Positions 28,195 through 36,576 of a stretch of DNA of 64,000 nucleotides are shown piece by piece. The translations under genes were made by a program, and so were the position numbers. How positions within the stretch are numbered: position 1 is the first letter of the stretch; each line of letters opens with the position of its first letter. The stretch lies in NCBI GenBank assembly GCA_965202805.1, contig OZ241869.1, positions 2,848,001-2,912,000 on the forward strand, in the 5' to 3' direction. This DNA comes from Longimicrobiales bacterium. GTDB taxonomy: Bacteria; Gemmatimonadota; Gemmatimonadetes; Longimicrobiales; Gaopeijiaceae. Below the pieces are notes generated by a model. That model had not been told where the DNA came from, ran no database searches, and was given only the letters and a program-made list of their open reading frames with translations.

Positions 28195-29890
28195 CTAGAT
28201 CTCGTCCATTTTATGGTCGTAAGCGCAACCCTGTCAGGCCTTTAGCGCGGGATTTGGGTGGATTTGCGAGGTGCTGGTGACGTGTAAGAGCGGTGCGGGG
28301 CGTTGTTATCGGTGCCCGCCCGCCCATGGGGGCTGGGAGTCCCTCCGACCCGCTCGAGTCGGTCTCGAAGAGGAGCCATCGAGTCGCCCCGGCGCTTAGG
28401 ACGGCTTCAGTCTTAGCCGGCTGCGGGCCAGCACCGCCAGATTGTGGGCAAGGATCGCCGACCAGACGTAGGCCCGGAAGTGATCGAGCCCCCGCCAGTG
28501 GCATCGGCGAAGGCCGAAGCACCGCTTGAGATACGAGATCGCCGCCTCGATGCCCGCGCGGAAGCGCCGCAGCTTATCGTAGACGCCGGGTGACGACGCC
28601 ATGTCCGCCACTCGCAACCCCCTCTTCCTCTCGAACACCATGTCGGTGACGCCAAGCGCCCTGGCCTCGTGCAGGTTGCGCTTGCTGGCGTAGCCGGCGT
28701 CGCAGGCGACTTGTTCCGGCACCGAACCGTAGATCTCCGCATGACGCTCGATCATCGCGAGACACCGGCTGCTGTCGGCCGGATTGCCCCGCTCGACCAC
28801 CGCATCGAGCACGAGTCCGCTCGCGCCCGTGCTGAGATTGACCTTGTGTCCGTACTGAACCTGCCGCCCGCCCTTGACGATGATGTCCGTGTGGGGCTCG
28901 AACAGACTCGCCACCTTCTCCTGCGCGGGGACCTTCTCGCCCCGCAGCACCCTGCGCTCGGTCTGGTCGACCACCCGCCCCAGCAACTCCCCGTATTGCA
29001 ACGCCTTAGACGGCCAGTCCCGCAGCGCCGGGGCCTCGCGCTCCTCGGCCGCCGCCAGCGCACCGTGCAGATACCCGAGCGTCCTTCGCGCCAGCCCCAG
29101 CAACTCCCGGTACGCCGCCACGCGCCGCTTCCCGCGACGCCGCGACGCTCTCAGCGCCCAACGCTTCGCCGCCCGGCGATGATTGTGGAACGGGAAGGCC
29201 TCGGCCCCCAGCTCGTCGCGCGCCCTAACCAGAAGCCGAGTGAGCACCCGCACCCCGTCGCAGAGCAGCTGGCTGTCGGTCGGCTTGCGGATGTGCGTCT
29301 CCGTCACCGTGCTGTCGATGCGCACCGTCCGACCCCTCTCGACCCTGCCGCCGCGGGCCTCCTCCATCAGCACCCGGTTGATGCGCTCCCACACCTCGGC
29401 CCGAACCGCACCGATGCATTTCTGCAGCGCCGACTTCTTCGGCGGCCGCAACGGATTCACCCGGGCGAAGTGCTTCGCAGACGCGGAGTCGAGCAGTGCG
29501 AACTCCAGATCCCGGTATTCCACCTGCCACAGCTGCTTCAGGATCCCGCACCGAAGGATCACCTCGCAGGGCAGCCCCGCCCGGCCTCTCCTCGACCGCC
29601 GCCCGCGGTCGACATCGGCCGCGATCCAGTCCAGGAACTCCGGATGCGCGTCCAGGAGCGCCGAGATCCGCTCCAGAGCGCGGCCCATCTCATGGTTGGG
29701 GTATCCCACGTCGAAGAAACTGCGCTGAGGAGCACGTTTTGCGCGCATCCACGGCCTCCAGGGGCTTGAAAAACCAGTCTTTCACCCCCAAAATAACCCT
29801 CCAACAGCCGCAACGCAGCAAAACTAGCCCTCTCGTAGTTCCGTTACCTCAATAACAACAGCGACTTACGAGATTACGGACGAGAACTAG
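28195..29890. mobile_element. Insertion sequence (IS5/ISNCY-like), about 1.7 kb
   Basis: Imperfect terminal inverted repeats CTAG-ATCTCGTCC...TCGTAAG (left) and CTAG-TTCTCGTCC...TCGTAAG (right, reverse complement). CTAG on both sides is a probable target duplication. Single transposase. Confidence 0.85.
28396..29748 (-). CDS. DDE transposase (IS5/ISNCY-type)
   Basis: RIDSTVTETHIRKPTDSQLL, KVASLFEPHTDIIVKG, CDAGYAS, RAGIEAAISYLKRCFGLRRC. Confidence 0.93.
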   Translation of the reverse strand: MRAKRAPQRSFFDVGYPNHEMGRALERISALLDAHPEFLDWIAADVDRGRRSRRGRAGLPCEVILRCGILKQLWQVEYRDLEFALLDSASAKHFARVNPLRPPKKSALQKCIGAVRAEVWERINRVLMEEARGGRVERGRTVRIDSTVTETHIRKPTDSQLLCDGVRVLTRLLVRARDELGAEAFPFHNHRRAAKRWALRASRRRGKRRVAAYRELLGLARRTLGYLHGALAAAEEREAPALRDWPSKALQYGELLGRVVDQTERRVLRGEKVPAQEKVASLFEPHTDIIVKGGRQVQYGHKVNLSTGASGLVLDAVVERGNPADSSRCLAMIERHAEIYGSVPEQVACDAGYASKRNLHEARALGVTDMVFERKRGLRVADMASSPGVYDKLRRFRAGIEAAISYLKRCFGLRRCHWRGLDHFRAYVWSAILAHNLAVLARSRLRLKPS

Positions 29891-29895
29891 CTAAG

Positions 29896-30360
29896 CTACC
29901 CTTCGCAGTCAGGATTGTACTCATCCGTCCCAAAATAGGCGGTAACGGCAAAGCCATATTTTGTAGGCTGACCGGAGTCTGCGACCGTAAATGTCAAGGT
30001 GCCATCGCCGGAGAAGTAGGCACCAGCGATCTGGTTTGACCCTAACGGACCGTCCCAGGTATCGAGTCCCCCTCCTCCCCAATAAAAGCTGTAGGGCGGT
30101 GTGCCGCCCCACGCGAGGCCATACGCCACGCAGTACTGTCCATTCTGCACTTCTCTCGGGAAGCTGATGAAGGCGGGCAAGAGCTCGTCGGCATTGACGT
30201 CCGTGGCGATCTCCGCGTCCGTGTGAACCGGACCGGCGGGGGCCCACTCCACCTGAGCGCGCGATGGCAGCATCCACGCGCCGATGACCAGCGCCGTCAC
30301 GGCGACGCCGATGACCTTGAGTCCCTTCGCTCCTCTGTTCTGCCCGGTGACCGTTTTCAT
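29896..30360 (-). CDS. Small secreted Ig/PKD-like protein
   Basis: GGAGG SD, signal peptide, GGTPPYSFYW and TLTFTVADS motifs typical of Ig/PKD-like beta sandwiches; lower GC than the flanks. Confidence 0.7.
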   Translation of the reverse strand: MKTVTGQNRGAKGLKVIGVAVTALVIGAWMLPSRAQVEWAPAGPVHTDAEIATDVNADELLPAFISFPREVQNGQYCVAYGLAWGGTPPYSFYWGGGGLDTWDGPLGSNQIAGAYFSGDGTLTFTVADSGQPTKYGFAVTAYFGTDEYNPDCEG

Positions 30361-30470
30361 GGTCTGCCTCCCTGATTCTGGGCCGATTCCTTATGAAGCG
30401 GCCCGTGTTCGGTTGGCCGAACCGGCTCGTCCGATCCGACGATCCGAGTATCGCAACGCATGTCAGCGCT

Positions 30471-30619
30471 CCATAGAGGGAAACCCCCTGATTTCATAGG
30501 GGAAAACCCCTGAATTCATAGAGGGAAATCCCTCACTTCCATAGAGGGAAATCCCTCACTCCATAGAGGGAAAACCCTCAGGCCATAGGGGGAAACCCCT
30601 CAGGCCGGGAAATCCCCCA
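30471..30619. repeat. Tandem array of ~22-23 bp palindromic repeats (6 full + 1 partial)
   Basis: Units CATAGAGGGAAAT/ACCCTCA.. start at 30472, 30495, 30517, 30540, 30562 and 30584; core GAGGG-N4-CCCTC. Confidence 0.92.
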
Positions 30620-30759
30620 CCACCGAAGCGCGAGCGTGACGCTTGCATCGGCCAGTTCCGGACGGGTCGAGCGCTACCGACGGCGTGGACACCATGGGGC
30701 GGCCCGTACGGTGCTGGTACGGGCGGGTGGGCTTGCGCCGCTCCTGTGCGGTGGAGGCG

Positions 30760-30990
30760 CTAGCGTTCGCGCTCGGCCCGCAGGAGCTCTGTCTCCAGGG
30801 CGAAGCGCACGGTGTCGCGCCGCGTGTGCAAGTCCAGCTTGGCCTTCGCGCGCGTGAGATGGCCCTCAACCGTCTTGGGGCTCAGGGACATCTCCCGCCC
30901 ATCTCTCTGGCCGAAAAGCCGCTCGCGTACAGCTCGATCGCCGTACGCTCGCGCGACGAGAGCACCTCGAGGGCTGACCCGTCATTCTGA
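30760..30990 (-). pseudogene. Truncated, frameshifted NarL/LuxR-family HTH regulator
   Basis: LEVLSSRERTAIELYASGFSARE-[1-nt frameshift near 30901]-GREMSLSPKTVEGHLTRAKAKLDLHTRRDTVRFALETELL; no receiver domain upstream. Confidence 0.82.
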
Positions 30991-31043
30991 CTTGGAGGGA
31001 CTGCTAGTACCAGGACTCCGCGGCCGCGGCCAGCGCCGCCCGT

Positions 31044-32648
31044 TCATCCTCCGACCCGCCCGGTATTCGCTCGGTTGCCGCGCTGCGTCGGCCACGGCGA
31101 GCCGGCGTAGCCGCCGTTCGCCGACTCCGTTTCGACGATCCCGTGGATGGTGCCCCCGTCCGTGAAGGAGAATGAGGTCGCGACGATCCTGCCATCGACA
31201 CCGATGGCGGGTGATGCGAGGACGCGACGCCTGGCGGGGGACAAATCCCACGCATCGCCCGGGGTGTAGTCCCACAGGACCCTGCCTTGGGCGTCGAGCG
31301 CCGTGACGGTAACGCCCGCGCTGAGATAGACGTTGCCGTCCGCCCCCAGGATCGGCGTGGTCCGGGTACCGGACGAACCTGCATGGAAGTGCCAGCGAAT
31401 CGAGCCGTCCGGATTGATGACGAACAGGCCCCCGCCCAGGACATAGATTGCGCCGTCCGGCCCGATCGAGGGCGGCGAGGCGACACGTGCATCGGAGCCC
31501 TCGTAGCCCTCGGGAGGGCGCCTCACCACGACGCTCCATCGCTCGCTCCCGTCGGGGTCAACCGCGTAGAGCCGTCCGTCGTAGGAGGGGACGTAGATCG
31601 TGCCGTCCGGGCCGATCGCCGCCGCCGACCTGATCAGGTCCCCCGTCCGGAACGTCCACTGCGGCGAGCCGTCGCGGTTGATCGCGTGCAAGGCATGATC
31701 GCCCCCGCCGATGTAGATCGTGCCGTCGCTCGCGACCGCGGGCGAGGAAAAGGCGAAGGTCGTGACGGGGGTCTCGTAGGTCCACCGGATCTCGCCCCGG
31801 GGATCGACCGCGTGGACGTGGCGCCCGGCGGCCACGTGGATGGTCCCGTCCGGTCCGAGAGCGGGAGACGACGAGATTCGTTCGAGGCCGTCCAGTATCC
31901 AACGAATGGATCCGCCGGGATCGACGGCGACGAGGGCGCCGCCAGAGCCGATTGTGGAGCCGAAGTACAGCGTCCCGTCCGCCCCGGTGCCGGGCATCCC
32001 CCGGATGGTGAACCCGGGCAGGTCCAAGGTCCAGAGAATGCCTCCCTGAGGCGAGAGGGTGTACCAATGGCTTGTTTGCGCGGGGTAGTCATTCCACCCG
32101 ACGTAGATTGTGCCGTCGGCTCCGATCGCGACGCCGGCCGTGATCGATCCTCCCCTGCTCCCTTCCGGGAAGGACCAGTCTAGCGGAACGGTCCAGGCGA
32201 CGCGCGCCTGCTCCCGCACCGTGACCGTCAGCCTGCCCGTAATCCCCTGACTGGTTGCCGTGATGGTCGCCGTGCCATCGCTCAACGCCGTGACGGAACG
32301 GGTCGCCCCGCCGTCGCTCAGAAGGCTGTCCCCACTCACGGATGCGATCTCGGGCGCGGAAGACGACCACGCAAAAAGGCCGGGATCGTTACGCGTGTCG
32401 TACAGCGTGGTGCCGTCCGCGGCCAGCGCGTCCGCTCCCGTGCGGAACCGGGTGCCGAGGAAGCCGATGGTTCGTTCGGATGGCGTTATCCGGATCGACG
32501 CGACGACCGTGTCGGGGGCCGTGGGCGCGACCGTGTCGGAGGCCGATGGGCCGACCGGCGCGGCGCGCTCGCCGCCGCACCCGCCGACAACCAGCGACAG
32601 GAACGCGCTCGCGGCGCGCAGTACCCGCGCCCGGCACAGCCGGATCAT
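31044..32648 (-). CDS. Ig-like + PQQ-type beta-propeller lipoprotein, paralog P2
   Basis: Same architecture; ATG at 32648 in an ATGA overlap with P1. Confidence 0.88.
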   Translation of the reverse strand: MIRLCRARVLRAASAFLSLVVGGCGGERAAPVGPSASDTVAPTAPDTVVASIRITPSERTIGFLGTRFRTGADALAADGTTLYDTRNDPGLFAWSSSAPEIASVSGDSLLSDGGATRSVTALSDGTATITATSQGITGRLTVTVREQARVAWTVPLDWSFPEGSRGGSITAGVAIGADGTIYVGWNDYPAQTSHWYTLSPQGGILWTLDLPGFTIRGMPGTGADGTLYFGSTIGSGGALVAVDPGGSIRWILDGLERISSSPALGPDGTIHVAAGRHVHAVDPRGEIRWTYETPVTTFAFSSPAVASDGTIYIGGGDHALHAINRDGSPQWTFRTGDLIRSAAAIGPDGTIYVPSYDGRLYAVDPDGSERWSVVVRRPPEGYEGSDARVASPPSIGPDGAIYVLGGGLFVINPDGSIRWHFHAGSSGTRTTPILGADGNVYLSAGVTVTALDAQGRVLWDYTPGDAWDLSPARRRVLASPAIGVDGRIVATSFSFTDGGTIHGIVETESANGGYAGSPWPTQRGNRANTGRVGG

Positions 32649-34264
32649 CCGCCCGCCCGCCCGGAATTCGCTCGGTTGCCGCGCTGCGTTGGCCAGGGCG
32701 AGCCGGCGTAGCCGCCGTTCGCCGACTCCGTCTCGACGATCCCGTGGATGGTGCCCCCGTCTGTTTCGGAGAAGGAGGTGGCGATGATCGTGCCATCGAC
32801 ACCAATGGCGGGCGATGCGAGGACGTGAAGCCTGGCGGGCGACGAATCCCTCGCATCGCCCGGGTTGTAGTCCCACAGGAGCCTGCCGTGGGCGTCGAGC
32901 GCCGTAACGGCAACGCCCGAGCCGAGATAGACGTTGCCGTCCGCCCCCAGGATCGGCGTCGTCCTGTACCCGGATGTCCCTGAATGGAAGTGCCAGCGAA
33001 TCGAGCCGTCGGGATTGATGGCGAACAGGCCCCTGCCCAGGACATAGATCGCGCCGTCCGGACCGATCGAAGGCGGCGAGTCGACTGCTGCACGGGAGTC
33101 CTCGAAGCCTGGGGGAGGGCGCATCACCACGACGCTCCATCGCTCGCTCCCGTCGCGATTCACCGCGTAGAGCCGTCCGTCGTGGGAAGGGACGTAGATC
33201 GTGCCGTCCGCGCCGATCGAAGGCGGCGCCCTGATCAGGTTTTCCGTCTTGAACGTCCACCGCGGCGAGCCGTGGCGGTCGATCGCATGCAGGGAATGAT
33301 CGTCCCCGCCGACGTAGATCGTGCCGTCGCTCGCAACGGCCGGCGAGGAAATGAAGAAGTTCCTGACGGGGGTCTCGTAGCTCCACCGGATCTCGCCCTG
33401 GGGATCGACCGCGTAGACGTGGCGCCCGCCGGCCACGTGGATGGTCCCGTCCGGCCCCAGGGCCGGAGACGAATTGATCGCATCGAGGTCGTCGAGTATC
33501 CACTGAATGGACCCGCCGGGATCCACTGCGATGAGACTGCCCCGGGAGCCGCTGTCGGAGCCGAAATACAGCGTCCCGTCGGTCCCGATGGCGGGCATCC
33601 CCCAGCCGGTGAGCCCGGGCACGTCCACGGTCCAGAGAATGCCTCCCTGAGGCGAGAGGGCGTACCAATGGCTTGTTTGCGCGGGGCTGTCATTCCACCC
33701 GACGTAGATCGTGCCGTCGGCTCCGATCGCGACACCGGCCCGTATCGATGCTTGCACCCCACCTTCCGCAAAAGACCATTCGAGCGGAACGGACCAGGCG
33801 AGACGCGCCCGTTCCCGCACCGTGACCGTCAGCCTCCCCGTCACTCCCTGACTGGTCGCCGTGATGGTCGCCGTGCCGTCGCTCATGCCCGTGACGGAAC
33901 GAGTGGACGCGCCGTTCCTCAGGATGCTGTCCCCGCTCACGGACGCGATCTCGGGCGCGGAGGACGACCACGCAAAACGGCCGGGATCAAAAGCGGTGCG
34001 GTACAGCATCGTGCCGTCCGCGGCCAGCGCGTCTGCAGATGGGCGGAACCGGGTGCCGAGGAAGCCGATGGTTCGTTCGGATGGCGTTATCCGGATCGAC
34101 GCCACGACCGTGTCGGGGCCGGATGGAGCGACCGTGTCAGGGGCCGTGGGACCGGCCGGCGCGGCGCGCTCTCCGCCGCACCCGCCGGTCGCGAGCCACA
34201 GGCACGCGCTCGCGGTGGACAGGATCCCCACTCCGCGCGGCAGGATCATCCGCCGCACCGTCAT
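32645..34264 (-). CDS. Ig-like + PQQ-type beta-propeller lipoprotein, paralog P1
   Basis: Same architecture; start MTVRRMILP at 34264 (alternative 34249); lipobox TGGC. Confidence 0.88.
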   Translation of the reverse strand: MTVRRMILPRGVGILSTASACLWLATGGCGGERAAPAGPTAPDTVAPSGPDTVVASIRITPSERTIGFLGTRFRPSADALAADGTMLYRTAFDPGRFAWSSSAPEIASVSGDSILRNGASTRSVTGMSDGTATITATSQGVTGRLTVTVRERARLAWSVPLEWSFAEGGVQASIRAGVAIGADGTIYVGWNDSPAQTSHWYALSPQGGILWTVDVPGLTGWGMPAIGTDGTLYFGSDSGSRGSLIAVDPGGSIQWILDDLDAINSSPALGPDGTIHVAGGRHVYAVDPQGEIRWSYETPVRNFFISSPAVASDGTIYVGGDDHSLHAIDRHGSPRWTFKTENLIRAPPSIGADGTIYVPSHDGRLYAVNRDGSERWSVVVMRPPPGFEDSRAAVDSPPSIGPDGAIYVLGRGLFAINPDGSIRWHFHSGTSGYRTTPILGADGNVYLGSGVAVTALDAHGRLLWDYNPGDARDSSPARLHVLASPAIGVDGTIIATSFSETDGGTIHGIVETESANGGYAGSPWPTQRGNRANSGRAGG

Positions 34265-34287
34265 CGGGTCCCCCAGGTGTGGGACTG

Positions 34288-35055
34288 CTAGTTCCCGGAC
34301 TCCGCGGCCTCGGCCAGCGCCGCCAGCTCGTTGTCCAGGATGTCGCGGAAGAGCTGGGTGGGAAGAGCTCCCTGGACCGGGAATCCGTTGATCAGGAAGC
34401 TCGGCGTTCCGCGCAGGCCGAGCGCGCGGGCGGCCCGTCCCCCGTCGGCGATGCGGTCTCCCGGCCGCTCCTCCACGATGCACGACTCGAACTGTTCGGA
34501 GTTCAGGCCCAGCTCGGCGGCGTAGCCGAGGAAATGAGGCATGGGATCGCCGCTGCCCTTCCACGTCCCCTGGTCCTCGAACAGCCGCACCATCATCCCC
34601 TCGAAGTCGCCCTGCTCTCCCGCGCACTCTCCCGCGAGCGCCGACATGTTGCCGTGGGGAAACATCCCGGTCACGATCGGGATGTATTTCCACAGGACCG
34701 TTCCGGCGTCCATGTACTCCTCCTGGAGCGCGGGAAAGGTCTCTTCGTGGAACTTGCGGCAGAAGCCGCAGCCGAAGTCGCTGAGTTCGGCGATGCGAAG
34801 CGTCGCGTCCGGGCTTCCGAAGTCGAAGCCAAGGCTCGGGAAGTCGATCTCTTCCCCGGGGAGCGTTTCGGGAGGAGTGGTGAAGAGGCTCCGGGTGAGG
34901 GGCTGCGCGGAATCTTCCTCCGCCGGAGGATTTGCGTCGCCTTCTCCACTCGCGCAGCCGGTCGCCAGCGCGAGAACGAGCGGGAGCAGGGCCCGGCATC
35001 GAAACCGTGCGGCGAGCCGATTCCCGGCAGGCGGCGTGGGGTGCTGTAGCTTCAT
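34288..35055 (-). CDS. DsbA-family thioredoxin-fold lipoprotein
   Basis: Lipobox ATGC, GSPDA..I.E.SDFGCGFC, GTPSFLING. Confidence 0.9.
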   Translation of the reverse strand: MKLQHPTPPAGNRLAARFRCRALLPLVLALATGCASGEGDANPPAEEDSAQPLTRSLFTTPPETLPGEEIDFPSLGFDFGSPDATLRIAELSDFGCGFCRKFHEETFPALQEEYMDAGTVLWKYIPIVTGMFPHGNMSALAGECAGEQGDFEGMMVRLFEDQGTWKGSGDPMPHFLGYAAELGLNSEQFESCIVEERPGDRIADGGRAARALGLRGTPSFLINGFPVQGALPTQLFRDILDNELAALAEAAESGN

Positions 35056-35101
35056 CGTCAGGTACCGATTCGTCCGAAGTGGGTGTGGAAAGGTAACGCC
35101 G

Positions 35102-35500
35102 TCACCGGCGGCGCAGGAGGCTCACGATCAGCACCCCCGCCACCACCCCCAGGAGCAGGGAACCGGCCACCGTTCGCCCGCTCCAGCGGCGGGGCTCGCG
35201 GACTGCCGCCAGCTCCGGGTCGTGCGCGACGAGCGCCGGGGACGGGACCAGGTCCGTCGGCTCGCCGACGACGGAACAGGGGACGCATTCGGCAAGCCCG
35301 CGGTCGCGCGCCGTCCGGTTGCCGAAGCTCAGGAGGGAGCTGCAATCGGGGCAGGTGCGGTCGGCGGGCGCCGGCTCGATCATGCCGTAGAGGGCGCCCT
35401 TGGAGAGATCGAGTCGCTCGGCGATCCGGTTGACGCTCTCGTCGGAGTCCCAGTACATGCGGTTTACCCGCTTCGCCAACTCGGCCTGTCCGACGGTCAT
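35102..35500 (-). CDS. Hypothetical HTH + CxxC/CxxC zinc ribbon + C-terminal TM protein
   Basis: SVNRIAERLDLSKGALY, CPDC...CVPC, C-terminal VAGSLLLGVVAGVLIVSLLRRR. Confidence 0.7.
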   Translation of the reverse strand: MTVGQAELAKRVNRMYWDSDESVNRIAERLDLSKGALYGMIEPAPADRTCPDCSSLLSFGNRTARDRGLAECVPCSVVGEPTDLVPSPALVAHDPELAAVREPRRWSGRTVAGSLLLGVVAGVLIVSLLRRR

Positions 35501-35571
35501 CGATCCTGGTCCTCCGGCTGCCCTTGACCCGGTTCGCGGCAGGCGGACAGAATAGCTCCGCCCCGATCGAC

Positions 35572-36270
35572 ATGCGAACAAAACGGTTCCCCATGCCCCC
35601 TGCACCGAAGGGAGGCTTCCTCCCGATACCCGTCGCGCACGGCCTGCTGGAGGCTGTGCTGCGCCAGCCGCCGGAGGCTCCGCGCGGAGCCGCGGTCATG
35701 TGCCACCCGCATCCGCTGCATGGGGGCACGATGCATACCAAGGCCGTGTACCGCGCGGCCCAGGCCATGACCGAGGCCGGGCTGGCCGCGCTCCGATTCA
35801 ACTTTCGCGGCGTGGGGCGCAGCACCGGCTCCTACGACGGGGGATTCGGCGAGACCGAGGATGCGCGCGCCGCGCTGCGGCATGTCGAGCGTCTCTTTCC
35901 CGGCCTGCCGCTGGCGGCGGGCGGGTTCTCGTTCGGGTCGCTGGTCGCGCTGAGGGCGGGCGTCGGCCACGCGCGGGTTGCGGCCATGGTCGGCGTCGGG
36001 CTCGCCTTCGACCGCCACGACTACTCGTTCCTCGCGGACGCGCGCTGCCCGGTGCTCATCGTTCAGGGCGAGCGCGACGAGTTCGGCTCGGGAGCCCGGG
36101 CCGCGGAGTTCGCCCGGCGGCTGGGGGATCCGGTGCAGGCGGTCGTCATCCCGGGAGCGGACCACTACTTTCACGGGCACTTCGACGAACTGCGCCGCGG
36201 CATACGGGACTTCCTCACCCGGCCGGCGGTCGTCCGGGCGCTGGAACGGAGGCGGGTCGAGACGGGATGA
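35572..36270 (+). CDS. Alpha/beta hydrolase
   Basis: CHPHPLHGGTM, LRFNFRGVGRSTG, GFSFG, QGERDE, ADHYF. Confidence 0.92.
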   Translation: MRTKRFPMPPAPKGGFLPIPVAHGLLEAVLRQPPEAPRGAAVMCHPHPLHGGTMHTKAVYRAAQAMTEAGLAALRFNFRGVGRSTGSYDGGFGETEDARAALRHVERLFPGLPLAAGGFSFGSLVALRAGVGHARVAAMVGVGLAFDRHDYSFLADARCPVLIVQGERDEFGSGARAAEFARRLGDPVQAVVIPGADHYFHGHFDELRRGIRDFLTRPAVVRALERRRVETG

Positions 36271-36518
36271 GAGATCGCAGCCGCATCGTGGGCAATCTGG
36301 AGGCCATCTACACCAGCGCCTTCAGCAAGGCCGAACGCGAGAACGACCGCGCCGAGATGGATCGGCTGGACTTCGCCTTCCAGCGCGACCAGCTCTACCT
36401 GGAAACGCTGCTCGACATCCGGGACCTCCTCCTCCCCGAAGCCGAGGGCGCCGTGGACAAGGCCACGAGCCTGATCGACAAGGCGAAGGTCATCAGGAGG
36501 GCCGTTAAGCTCAGGTAG
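36267..36518 (+). CDS. Small helical hypothetical protein
   Basis: ATGA overlap; MRDRSRIVGNLEAIY...RDQLYLETLLDIRDLL. Confidence 0.7.
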   Translation: MRDRSRIVGNLEAIYTSAFSKAERENDRAEMDRLDFAFQRDQLYLETLLDIRDLLLPEAEGAVDKATSLIDKAKVIRRAVKLR

Positions 36519-36576
36519 CCGGCCGGTCTCGTCCCGCAGCGGGGCGAACTCGTGCACGGACCTGCGATGGATGCCC

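Noticed and set aside
30471..30619. CRISPR array
   Set aside because: Units are nearly contiguous with only a few variable nt, there are no unique 25-45 nt spacers, and no cas genes are in the window
30471..30619. Plasmid/phage iterons
   Set aside because: The 22-bp spacing fits, but the units are palindromic and there is no rep gene or AT-rich melt region nearby
21579..34264. Diversity-generating retroelement or shufflon behind the propeller variation
   Set aside because: No reverse transcriptase or invertase; all copies are full length in the same orientation; the variation includes indels and is not confined to one C-terminal region
21583..34999. Long N-terminal extensions in the ORF track (691, 689, 874, 784 and 1146 aa versions)
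   Set aside because: The extensions are Arg/Pro-rich shadow frames of the upstream gene; the real starts carry signal peptides at the NTGA overlaps
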